From Ignicoccus islandicus DSM 13165 (GTDB lineage Archaea; Thermoproteota; Thermoprotei_A; Sulfolobales; Ignicoccaceae): a DNA stretch of 32,000 nt. The stretch is from contig NZ_CP006867.1 of the NCBI RefSeq assembly GCF_001481685.1, forward strand, positions 900,001 to 932,000, written 5' to 3'. The notes under the pieces were generated by a model that saw only the letters and a list, made by a program, of their open reading frames with translations, was not told the origin of the DNA and made no database searches. Positions 23,822 to 32,000 of the stretch are shown piece after piece (positions within the stretch are counted from its first letter, which is position 1; each line of letters starts with the position of its first letter). A program made the position numbers and the translations under genes.

Positions 23822-24931
23822 TTGAAGAAAACTCTCGCCCTAGGTCTGCTTTTAGTAGCTCTTTCCTTCGCTGCTCGACCAGCGTCTCCCGTCCTCCTCG
23901 CTGACTTGTCTCACGGCGAAAACGCTCACGGTCTATGCGCTTTCATGAAGACTATGCCCGAAACCCACTGGATAGTGCTAGTACCGCAAGAGGACTACCA
24001 ATTGCCGCCTTGTAGCATCGTTCCCGAGGTAATAGTAGGCAACTTCGCTTCTAAGGAAGTAGTAGAGGCCTTAAAGAAGGTAGACGGCGTAATAATAGGC
24101 CAACCAACCAAGACCTTCTCTGAGGATGAACTTAAGGCAATAGCAGATTGGTTCAAAGGTGGTCAGAAGCTCCTATGGTGTGCTGGCGATAGCGATTACC
24201 CAGCCCAAGGCGGCGTAATGGAAATAGCCCAACACGCTTGCAACGACGTCTTTGAGGCAATAGGCTCGAAGTTGAGGTTGGACTACGTAAGCGTTGAGGA
24301 CACAGTCAGCAACGCCGGAAGGCCGTACAGGGTAATAGGAATAGTTAACCCATCCGGTGCTTACGATTCCTACTTAGTAGGTTTAGGAGCTCACAAGGTC
24401 CTCTTCCACGGTCCCGGCGCTGTCGCTTGGGTCGATGAGAACGAAACTTGGCACAAGCTAACCGATGAGTTACCTAACGACGTTGTCGTACTAGTAACTA
24501 CTACTGAGAACGGCAGAATCGTTGAGCATCAACCTACCAAGCCCGGCGCTCCAGGCGACTTCGGTCAAGCTCACACTGTAGGCGAAACTGGTAAGTTCGT
24601 CTTAATGGCCGCTCAAGTGATGGGCGACAAGGCTCCGTACAGCGTGGTAATAGCTAGCGGTGAAAGCCCCTACGGAGGATACCAGCCAATGGTAAGCTTC
24701 CGCTATCACGGACTAGCATTAGACGGTCCAAGGTTCGTAAGGAACGTATTCCTATGGGGCTTAGACTACAAGGCCGAGCTAGGAAGCATGCTAGACCTCT
24801 CTAACTTAACGGTAAACAACGTAGCCTCTAAGGTAAACCAGCAGTTAAGCGCTTACAACACCATGATTCAAGCATCGATAGCCTTAGCCGTACTAGCTAT
24901 AGCCTTAGCAGTAATTCTACACTTCATATAA
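23822..24931 (+). CDS. Exported protein with C-terminal membrane anchor (possibly DUF4350 / ABC_transp_aux-like fold)
   Basis: 369 aa. Signal peptide MKKTLALGLLLVALSFA, C-terminal TM IQASIALAVLAIALAVILHFI. LLADLSHGEN...VIIGQPTKTFSEDELKAIADWFKGGQKLLW resembles DUF4350-type domains (weak, by eye). TTG start is the only option after the in-frame stop at 23807-23809, with GAAGGTGGA upstream. Confidence 0.6.
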   Translation: MKKTLALGLLLVALSFAARPASPVLLADLSHGENAHGLCAFMKTMPETHWIVLVPQEDYQLPPCSIVPEVIVGNFASKEVVEALKKVDGVIIGQPTKTFSEDELKAIADWFKGGQKLLWCAGDSDYPAQGGVMEIAQHACNDVFEAIGSKLRLDYVSVEDTVSNAGRPYRVIGIVNPSGAYDSYLVGLGAHKVLFHGPGAVAWVDENETWHKLTDELPNDVVVLVTTTENGRIVEHQPTKPGAPGDFGQAHTVGETGKFVLMAAQVMGDKAPYSVVIASGESPYGGYQPMVSFRYHGLALDGPRFVRNVFLWGLDYKAELGSMLDLSNLTVNNVASKVNQQLSAYNTMIQASIALAVLAIALAVILHFI

Positions 24932-24965
24932 ACCCCCATTTTTCTACTTTCACGGTAAAGGCGGA

Positions 24966-26774
24966 TTGAAGAGAAGCATCCTAGTCGTTTCCCTTCTCGC
25001 GTACTTCCTCCTCGCTTCTTGTAAGATAAGCGACCCAACGTGGGCCGTTCCAGCAATAACCGATCCGAACGGTCACTTCACGGCGTCGATCACTGGGAAG
25101 GTACTTTCCGCATACCTAGTAAATAGCGATGGCAACTACGTGTTAACCGTTTCCAGCCAAAGCCAAGGAAGCGTCGAATTCGGGCTAACTAACGTTCCCG
25201 AAGGCCTGTACGACTTAGTGGTTGAAACCGAAGAGGGAACTTGTTACCAGCCCAATGCAGTATGGGTAACGAAGGAGTTGAAGGAAGTCACCTTGATGCA
25301 CGTGACTGACACCCACATAGGCGTGTTTACCGATAGACCGGCGAGGGAATACCTAATGGCTTCAGTAATAATAGCGAACAGCGATCCTAACGTCAATTTA
25401 GTAGTTAACACTGGTGACATAGCGGATACATCGATGCCATACCAATACCAAATAAACAAGGAAGTGTTCTCGTTACTAACTAAGCCTCTCCTAGTAGTTC
25501 CCGGAAACCACGACGCACTCGGAATGAGGGACTTCTACTCGGAAATAGTTGGGCCTAGGAAGTGGTATAGGGAATTCGATGAGTTCTTGTTCCTCGCAGT
25601 AGACTCTGGAGCAGATGGTTACATCTCCCTAGATCAAGCGAAGTGGGCTTACTCGATCCTAACGACCAGTAAGGCCAAGAACAAAGTAGTGATGTTCCAT
25701 CACCCACTGTTCGCTTACGTATACGATCCGAAACCTCACTCCTTCACGGCAAACAGTTGGGAAGAGCTCTACGATTTGCTCTTGTCGAAGCCCCCTAACT
25801 CGCGGTTCCCTTACATCTATACTAGCTGGCTTCAAAATGAAGACGCCCTAAAGACCTTTATAAAAGGAATATACGAAGGCGAAACTACATTAACTTTGAG
25901 TGGCCACATACACGTGGATAGCTACGCGGAGGTCAAAACTACTTACGGCAAAGCTTACTTCATAACCACTACTACTCAAGGCGGTCCAGTTAGGGAAGGC
26001 GACTATCACGGCTTCAGAATAATTCGCGTAAAGGATCGTCACGTAGAGGCGTACGGTTTCGGTAAGCCATGGGAAAGGAACGCCAGCTACAGCCTAGAAG
26101 GAGTGTACTCCCACTACAAGTTCTCTGATGACGTCTCCGCAGTTACCTTCAAGCTGGTTGACCCTAGGCTAGAGAAATTATTACCTCAGTTAATCCTCGC
26201 CGTTCCGAGCAAGGGAGAAGGCTACGGTATCTACGCTCCCGGCGCGATAGCCACTTGGAAGGAATGCACGCCCGGCGGATGTACGTACTACGCTAAGTTC
26301 CCTGCACCGAAGCTAAACCAAGTCTACGTAATGGCCGTTTACAAGGAGGACGACGCTGAAGCACCGGTAATTAAAGTAAAGACTCCTACCTCGATTTCCC
26401 CTTACAAGCCGTTCCAGTTACGTTTCGAAGTAACTGATAGTGGATGGGGTGTTGCGGAGGTTAAGGTCAAGCTTAGCGGCGTAGCCCAAGGCGAGTACGT
26501 TCTCTACAGCCAGACTAAGAAGTACAAACTGAATTTAATGCCGATACGCAAGAACGGCATCCTAAACGTAACCATAAGTGCTATGGACTTCAAGGGACAC
26601 TTGACTCAAAAGAGCTTCCAAGTAAAAGTAGGCGAAGTAACCCAAGTGGCGACAACAACTACCACGACGTCAACTATAACTAAAGAAGTACCTTCCGCAC
26701 AAACTCAAGTTCCCGTACCTCTAGTAGCGGCAGCAATACTCCTAGTAATCATTGCAGCCTTTCTACTTATATAG
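24966..26774 (+). CDS. Extracellular calcineurin-like metallophosphoesterase with Thr-rich linker and C-terminal membrane anchor
   Basis: 602 aa. Signal/lipobox-like MKRSILVVSLLAYFLLASC. Phosphoesterase motifs HVTDTHIG, NTGDIAD, VVPGNHD, MFHHPLF and SGHIHVD. Then TTTTTTSTITKE followed by the TM VPLVAAAILLVIIAAFLLI. TTG start. Confidence 0.85.
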   Translation: MKRSILVVSLLAYFLLASCKISDPTWAVPAITDPNGHFTASITGKVLSAYLVNSDGNYVLTVSSQSQGSVEFGLTNVPEGLYDLVVETEEGTCYQPNAVWVTKELKEVTLMHVTDTHIGVFTDRPAREYLMASVIIANSDPNVNLVVNTGDIADTSMPYQYQINKEVFSLLTKPLLVVPGNHDALGMRDFYSEIVGPRKWYREFDEFLFLAVDSGADGYISLDQAKWAYSILTTSKAKNKVVMFHHPLFAYVYDPKPHSFTANSWEELYDLLLSKPPNSRFPYIYTSWLQNEDALKTFIKGIYEGETTLTLSGHIHVDSYAEVKTTYGKAYFITTTTQGGPVREGDYHGFRIIRVKDRHVEAYGFGKPWERNASYSLEGVYSHYKFSDDVSAVTFKLVDPRLEKLLPQLILAVPSKGEGYGIYAPGAIATWKECTPGGCTYYAKFPAPKLNQVYVMAVYKEDDAEAPVIKVKTPTSISPYKPFQLRFEVTDSGWGVAEVKVKLSGVAQGEYVLYSQTKKYKLNLMPIRKNGILNVTISAMDFKGHLTQKSFQVKVGEVTQVATTTTTTSTITKEVPSAQTQVPVPLVAAAILLVIIAAFLLI

Positions 26775-26780
26775 ATCAAC

Positions 26781-26786
26781 TTTTTT
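26781..26786 (+). terminator. T6 tract 7 nt after the metallophosphoesterase stop
   Basis: The sequence tag-atcaac-TTTTTT is read directly. This is an archaeal oligo-T termination signal. Confidence 0.5.
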
Positions 26787-27024
26787 AACGTTTAGTTTCT
26801 CCTTGTAGATCATCTCCCCATAAAAATTGTAAACTGCTCGACCGCTTACATATTCTACGTAAGGATACGTAGTTCTACACTAAATTATCATTCTAGGTGT
26901 TACCGCTTTAACTACTACTCGAGCTACGAAACCCCTTTACGAACGGTAAAGTCGCGTGAATAAGGAAAACGAAAACAATTCTAAGTGATTCAATTGACCG
27001 ATATTAAAAATTTATTTAAAATGC

Positions 27025-28764
27025 TCAATTTACCGAACTCTTACCCTTCCTCAATCTCCTCACTACTTTAACGAACAATGGTGAACCTAGCCATATGGCC
27101 GGTATTTCCATGTCAGAGGCATCTGGCGTGAGCGTGACAGTTACTGTTTCAGTCGTGATTGCAGCGTCTTGAGCTTCATTAGCTGCTCCGATGTAGTCAC
27201 CGAGGGCAGGGTAACCGTAACCCGAGTACTTATCGAAGCCTCTCAAACCAACGTCTCTAGCGTGCTTCTTGATGTCGTCTAGAGTGAAGTTCAGCGCGTA
27301 TAAGTATGCAATAGCGCCCGCAACTTCCGGGGCAGCGTAGCTGGTTCCACTGCTAAACGCTAGTACGAACTTTTCCGAGTTCTCAGACTCAACGTAACCG
27401 TAAACCGGTTCTCCGCTAATTGAGCCTCCTAGGTAAGACGAAGCCGTGTATATGCCGAGTACCAAGCCCCCGGGAGCGGCGAACGTTGCAGGATCGTAAT
27501 TCGAGAAAGATGCTAGACCATTGGTTACTTCAAACGCGCTGACCGGAATTACGCCTTCGCATTGAGCTGGCCATTCGTACTCATCGTGTACCCCGTTGTA
27601 CGCCTTAATGTCGCGTCCTTCGTTTCCCGCAGCTACAACGACCGTTAAACCGTTCCTCACCATGGGATCAATAATGCTTCTACAAGAGTTTTCCAAATCG
27701 TCTCTGCTATTGCGCCATCGGCCTAAACTCATGTTGACTACCTTAGCCTTTCCTTCCCTTGCCAATTGTACCGCAACTCTAGAAGCCTCTTCCAACGTAT
27801 AGTCATCGAAGGCGCCTCCATGGAGGAATGAATTATCTAGGTAAACTTTACCACCTTCCGTTCGGCTTGCGTTATTTAGATACTCGTCTAGCGTTGAATA
27901 TACCCCATCTATCCATATTTCGAGAAAATCTGCCTTTATTGGGATGATTCGTACCTTGACGCCTATGGACGGGGGCGCGATCCCCGTAAATACTTTAGAT
28001 ACTAACTCCGTACCGCTTATTTGACCTATATAGGGAGCTCCCTCGAAGAGGTATTTGTAAACTCCTTCGAACTCCCCTACTATTTGGGAAGCAACGAAGG
28101 TCCCGTGACCTACTTGATCGCTTACGTTCATTGCTTGTAGGTATATAGCGGTAACGTTGGAGGACTGGAATTTCTTGAGGCAATATTTAAAGGTCACGGT
28201 AGTGGGTAACTGGTAATACGTACCTAGGTCCGTCTGGATATAGGTTTCGTTACTAAACCTAACTTGGCCGCTATCGTCGCATACACCATTTGAGATTAGG
28301 TGGTCAATGAAGGTAGTTAACGCTACCCCGTTCTCGTAATCTATAGCGCTCCTAATCGGTTCCGGTAGGTTCCTCGCGATTCCGGTATCTATTACAATAA
28401 CGCCGATTTCCCTACTGCTTTCCGGTCCTGCTTCCAATAAGCTAGTTACGTTCATGTGGTCCTCATCTAGTTGCCACGGCGTTTCGCTATCGCTTATCGG
28501 ACCTTCGCTAACGTAAGGCAACGCTTCTTTAATATCGTTCTCTTCTGGCAGTACTATAGAGAGGCTGTAAACGCGTATAACCTCTGGAACGCAGTTGCTT
28601 TCGCTAGCCTTGGCTATTACGTCTAACTGAGCTTCGGGAACGACTCTCATTTCTTTATTGCATATAACTATTGCCTTGTTCGCTAAGTCGCCTCCGGTAT
28701 ATACGATCTTATATGAATTAACCACGCTTAGTAAAGCTATTAGAACTAACCGAGAGTATCGCAA
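27025..28764 (-). CDS. Subtilisin-like serine protease (S8 family), exported, C-terminal membrane anchor
   Basis: 579 aa. Catalytic Asp VIVIDTGIA, His GHGTFVASQI, oxyanion Asn VVAAGNEG and Ser SGTSYAAPEVAG. Signal peptide MRYSRLVLIALLSVVNS, C-terminal hydrophobic segment plus a basic tail (RRLRKGK). TTG start. Confidence 0.88.
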   Translation of the reverse strand: MRYSRLVLIALLSVVNSYKIVYTGGDLANKAIVICNKEMRVVPEAQLDVIAKASESNCVPEVIRVYSLSIVLPEENDIKEALPYVSEGPISDSETPWQLDEDHMNVTSLLEAGPESSREIGVIVIDTGIARNLPEPIRSAIDYENGVALTTFIDHLISNGVCDDSGQVRFSNETYIQTDLGTYYQLPTTVTFKYCLKKFQSSNVTAIYLQAMNVSDQVGHGTFVASQIVGEFEGVYKYLFEGAPYIGQISGTELVSKVFTGIAPPSIGVKVRIIPIKADFLEIWIDGVYSTLDEYLNNASRTEGGKVYLDNSFLHGGAFDDYTLEEASRVAVQLAREGKAKVVNMSLGRWRNSRDDLENSCRSIIDPMVRNGLTVVVAAGNEGRDIKAYNGVHDEYEWPAQCEGVIPVSAFEVTNGLASFSNYDPATFAAPGGLVLGIYTASSYLGGSISGEPVYGYVESENSEKFVLAFSSGTSYAAPEVAGAIAYLYALNFTLDDIKKHARDVGLRGFDKYSGYGYPALGDYIGAANEAQDAAITTETVTVTLTPDASDMEIPAIWLGSPLFVKVVRRLRKGKSSVN

Positions 28765-28902
28765 CTCTCTTCAATGACACTCACTTCTTTCGTTCATTAT
28801 TGACGCTCTCAGTCTCTATTAAGCATTATTGCTCTATTATCTGAACGTCCGAACGAATTTCTCAAATCAACTTGCGTATTAAGCGTAGTTTATTACCACT
28901 GT

Positions 28903-28919
28903 GTGAATTCGTAATTCAC
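28903..28919. promoter_or_regulatory. Palindrome GTGAATT-cgt-AATTCAC between the TATA-like box and the start of the ABC binding-protein gene
   Basis: Read directly. The TATA-like gtttattacc is at 28888-28897 and the TTG start at 28931, so the palindrome covers the expected transcription start region. Confidence 0.45.
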
Positions 28920-28930
28920 GGGCAAGACCC

Positions 28931-30307
28931 TTGTTAAAGAAATCCTTGTCGTTAGTTCTCTTAATTATGGTCTCGGCTTCCGTTTTCGCTCAATGTTCTA
29001 AAAGCGTTACGTTAGTAGTTCTCTCGAGGCATCCAACGGAGATACTAGAAGCGGCTAGGGACGCGTTCCTTAACTCGAAGTACGCTAAGGAATTCTGTAT
29101 ATCCAACATAAAGTTCGTGCAATTACCGCCTGGATGGTGGCCTTACTACATCAAGTCCCATCCGGTTGACGTGGCTTGGGGAGGAGGTCCAACGCAATTC
29201 GACACTCTCTTCAAGGCCAACTTGCTCAAACCAATCGAGACTGCCCTAGCGCTCCAAGCCGCTTCGCAAGTTCCGGACACCCTAGCCGGTGTTCCATTAA
29301 AAAGAATTAAGGATGGGAAGATCTATTGGGTAGCTGCAGCTATCTCTAGCTTCGGCTTTACTATAAACACCGAGGTTGCCGAACAACTCGGCTACGATTG
29401 GACCAAGCTCAAATCTTGGAGGGACCTAGGCTCAGACGAACTCGGTCTCCTAATGCTCCAAGTAGGAGTTCCCGTTTCGGGTATAGCGGACCCAACAATG
29501 AGCACTAGCAACACTAGAATGTACGAAATAATTCTGCAAGCTTACGGATGGGACGAAGGTTGGAAACTACTCACGCTAATGGCAGCTAACTCGAAGGTTT
29601 ACTCCGGCAGCAGTGCTGTTAGGGACGCAGTTATGAACGGGGAGATAATGGTTGGTATAACCATAGACTTCTACGGCTACACTGCCCACAAGCAGAACCC
29701 GGCTTGCGTTTACGTCGCCCCACCGGGCGAGACCATTGTGAACGGTGACCCAATAGCAATCACCGTATCCACGAAGAACCCCAAGGCGGCCGAGGCCTTC
29801 TTAGCGTGGGTGCTTACGGACGGTCAAGCAATATGGCTCTCGCCGGACATAAACAGGTTGCCAGCTAACCCCAACGTGTTCAATACTCCGCTAGGAAAGA
29901 GCAGGCAAGACCTTTACCAAGCCTATCAAATGATAACTAAATCTAAGTCAATGAACTTCAACGATACTCTAGCTCTCCAGTACGAAGACGCAATGAGGAT
30001 GTACTTCAAGGCCACGTTAGTAGACTTACACGACCTCTTACAGAGGGCTTGGACTGAATTATTGAACGCGTACTACGTCGAGCACAGAATATCTCAAGCG
30101 GAATTCCAGAGGCTAAAGGACGAGCTAACCTCCTTCCCAACCTTCAAGGACCCATTAACTGGCAAGACTGAGACCTTCACAATTGATTACGCTATTAAAG
30201 TTAACAGCTACCTAATGAACCATCCCGAAGACATGGATAAGTTCATGAACGCTTGGAGGGAGGGAGCAAGGGTAAAATACTTAGGCGTGATTTCCTCCAT
30301 CGGTTAA
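28931..30307 (+). CDS. ABC transporter substrate-binding protein (family 1; iron(III)/thiamine/polyamine-type)
   Basis: 458 aa. Signal peptide MLKKSLSLVLLIMVSASVFAQC. It has general SBP family-1 features (VAWGGGP, GFTINT, GDPIAI) and is followed directly by a two-module permease of the FbpB/ThiP type. Confidence 0.75.
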   Translation: MLKKSLSLVLLIMVSASVFAQCSKSVTLVVLSRHPTEILEAARDAFLNSKYAKEFCISNIKFVQLPPGWWPYYIKSHPVDVAWGGGPTQFDTLFKANLLKPIETALALQAASQVPDTLAGVPLKRIKDGKIYWVAAAISSFGFTINTEVAEQLGYDWTKLKSWRDLGSDELGLLMLQVGVPVSGIADPTMSTSNTRMYEIILQAYGWDEGWKLLTLMAANSKVYSGSSAVRDAVMNGEIMVGITIDFYGYTAHKQNPACVYVAPPGETIVNGDPIAITVSTKNPKAAEAFLAWVLTDGQAIWLSPDINRLPANPNVFNTPLGKSRQDLYQAYQMITKSKSMNFNDTLALQYEDAMRMYFKATLVDLHDLLQRAWTELLNAYYVEHRISQAEFQRLKDELTSFPTFKDPLTGKTETFTIDYAIKVNSYLMNHPEDMDKFMNAWREGARVKYLGVISSIG

Positions 30308-30313
30308 TGCTAA

Positions 30314-32000
30314 TTGAAGGGAAGTAGGCTACTAACGGCCCTCCTTTTAGTTACGCTCGCTTATTTGACCTTTTCGTTCTTAGCGCCTCTGCTGTCAGTT
30401 CTTTCGTCAGCATTTAGTTTCGATTGGAGCATTTTGAGCAATCGCTTCTACGTAAACCTAAACCCTATAGGCAATCCCATCGACGTTAGGACGTTTGGGA
30501 AGAGGACTTTCATTGTAATAAAGGGCGTGGACATGGGAATAATACTTAACAGCTTGATCAACGCTGCGATTGTAACTTTCTTCGCCACCTTAATAGGAAC
30601 CTCCCTCGCGCTACTGATTGGTCTCTACAATTTTAGAGGCAAGAGGTTGTTCTCAACGCTAGTCTGGATACCGCTCTTAGTAGCTCCCTTCGTTAACGCT
30701 TACGTGACTAAGCTCCTCTACGGATTCAATATTCAAGGCAACACCTTAAGCTACTTGTTGAAGACCCTCGGGTTCAACGTGACGATAGGCTTCACTGGCC
30801 TAGGGGGGATAGCCCTAGCGCAGACCCTGGCGTTCTTCCCAATAGTGTACGTTAACGTTCTAGCGGTGATAAACAGCATAGACGGTAGCCTAATAGAACA
30901 AGGTTTCAGCTTAGGAGCTAAGGGCTTTACCTTAATTAGGAAAGTGATACTGCCTTTGGCCACCCCCGGTATACTAGCGGGAGCAGTGCTCGTATACATA
31001 TTAAGCCTAGAGGACGTTGGAGCCCCAATAGTCTTCAACTTCAAAAACGTGATGTCTTACCAAGTGTACGAGTTCTTCCAAGAGTACGCAGCGATAGGTG
31101 GAACTTCCGCCTCGGCCTTGGCGTTTTTAATGCTAGTGTTTGCGATAACTCCCGTACTCTTAATTAGAAGGTACTTGAGCTTGAGATACTACGCCAAGAT
31201 CTCCAAGGGCGCTTCGAGACCGTTTAAAAAGATGGAACTAGGTTTAAAGGGATACGTTGCCGCCTACCTCTTAATATTACCCATACTGATAGCCGCCGTA
31301 GCGCCCCAAATAGGAATATTCGTGCTCGCGTTCTCTGAGAAGTGGGTAGGTGCCCTCCCTAAGGGCTTCACCTTACACAACTTCGAGTTATTGTTCTCGA
31401 AGGAAGGCGTCTTCAGAGGTATAGTGAACAGCGTCACCTACTTGGCGTTCTCTCTACCCATACTAGCGTTCTTTGGGTTCGCTTCAGCTTACTTGACTGC
31501 TAGGGTTAAAGGCATGGAATTACTCGATCTGCTGGCTACAGCTCCCTTGGCCGTTCCGGGCTTGGTAATGGCCTTCGGATACTTCACGTTCCTTCACTCG
31601 GTAGCTCCGGGAACAGTGCTCGATCCAATAACCTTCCCAGCGTTAACGCTAGTAATAGCGTACGCGACTAGGAAGATGCCGTTTACAGTTAGATCCGTAT
31701 TTACCGCGCTCTTGCAAACGCCCAAGCAATTAGAGGAAGTGGCCGAGTCATTGGGGGCCAGTAAAACAATAGTTTTGAGGGAAGTAGTGTTGCCCCTAGT
31801 AAAGAGAGGCTTGATATCTGGGTTAATGCTCTCATCAATCTATATATTGAGTGAAGTCAGCGTTAGCGTTACCATTGGAGCGCTGGGTGGAGACATAGTG
31901 GATCCGAATCACGCTGGACCCATAACCTTCGTGATAATGAGACTAATTCAATCACCTAGCTTCGTTGGAGCGCAACCTCAAGCGGTAGCGGCTAGCATGG
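30314..32000 (+). CDS. ABC transporter permease, fused double-module (FbpB/ThiP-like), 3'-truncated by the window edge
   Basis: Not in the ORF track because it has no stop codon. My manual translation from TTG 30314 is open to nt 32000: MKGSRLLTALLLVTLAYLTFSF... There are two EAA-type loops: IEQGFSLGAKGFTLIRKVILPLATPG (around 30895-30970) and EEVAESLGASKTIVLREVVLPLVKRG (around 31735-31810). Multiple hydrophobic helices are present. Confidence 0.85.
   Translation, partial: MKGSRLLTALLLVTLAYLTFSFLAPLLSVLSSAFSFDWSILSNRFYVNLNPIGNPIDVRTFGKRTFIVIKGVDMGIILNSLINAAIVTFFATLIGTSLALLIGLYNFRGKRLFSTLVWIPLLVAPFVNAYVTKLLYGFNIQGNTLSYLLKTLGFNVTIGFTGLGGIALAQTLAFFPIVYVNVLAVINSIDGSLIEQGFSLGAKGFTLIRKVILPLATPGILAGAVLVYILSLEDVGAPIVFNFKNVMSYQVYEFFQEYAAIGGTSASALAFLMLVFAITPVLLIRRYLSLRYYAKISKGASRPFKKMELGLKGYVAAYLLILPILIAAVAPQIGIFVLAFSEKWVGALPKGFTLHNFELLFSKEGVFRGIVNSVTYLAFSLPILAFFGFASAYLTARVKGMELLDLLATAPLAVPGLVMAFGYFTFLHSVAPGTVLDPITFPALTLVIAYATRKMPFTVRSVFTALLQTPKQLEEVAESLGASKTIVLREVVLPLVKRGLISGLMLSSIYILSEVSVSVTIGALGGDIVDPNHAGPITFVIMRLIQSPSFVGAQPQAVAASM

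Overview
Gene-dense chromosomal window (roughly 90% coding) that reads as a hyperthermophilic crenarchaeon. Supporting signs are ribosomal protein L21e (archaeal/eukaryal only), Csa1/Csa3-type CRISPR accessory genes, class III (prepilin-type) signal peptides, A/T-rich TATA-like boxes 25-40 bp upstream of starts, and many GTG/TTG starts. GC is about 47-50% by eye.

Content from left to right:
1. A 480-bp AT-rich non-coding stretch carrying two tandem 19-bp palindromes.
2. A tightly overlapping CRISPR adaptation operon, csa1-cas1-cas2-cas4, with a convergent csa3 (CARF-wHTH regulator). No CRISPR array or effector genes are visible in the window.
3. rpl21e, an NDH-2/SQR-like flavoprotein, and an Rnl3-type RNA ligase with an overlapping small ORF.
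4. A divergent triad of type-IV-pilin-like genes, one of them a ~1275-aa pilin-anchored DUF2341-like giant protein.
5. GGPP synthase, a sugar-isomerase-like gene, an Lrp/AsnC regulator, and a low-GC LVIVD-type beta-propeller.
6. pyrE, a DUF460/COG2433 RuvC-like coiled-coil protein, nadE, tRNA-Ser(UGA) and purD.
7. A hypothetical protein, then an orphan MacB-class ABC ATPase coupled to a MoeA-PBP fusion.
8. A TFS-like protein with only the N-terminal zinc ribbon.
9. A cluster of exported, C-terminally anchored proteins: a DUF4350-like protein, a metallophosphoesterase and a subtilase.
10. The start of an ABC importer (binding protein plus a fused double permease running off the right edge).

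The pilin-like triad is the best candidate for an undescribed system. The cas-upstream palindromes, DUF460, the truncated TFS paralog and the MoeA-PBP/ABC-ATPase pair are secondary leads. All functional calls rest on motif recognition by eye; no searches were run.
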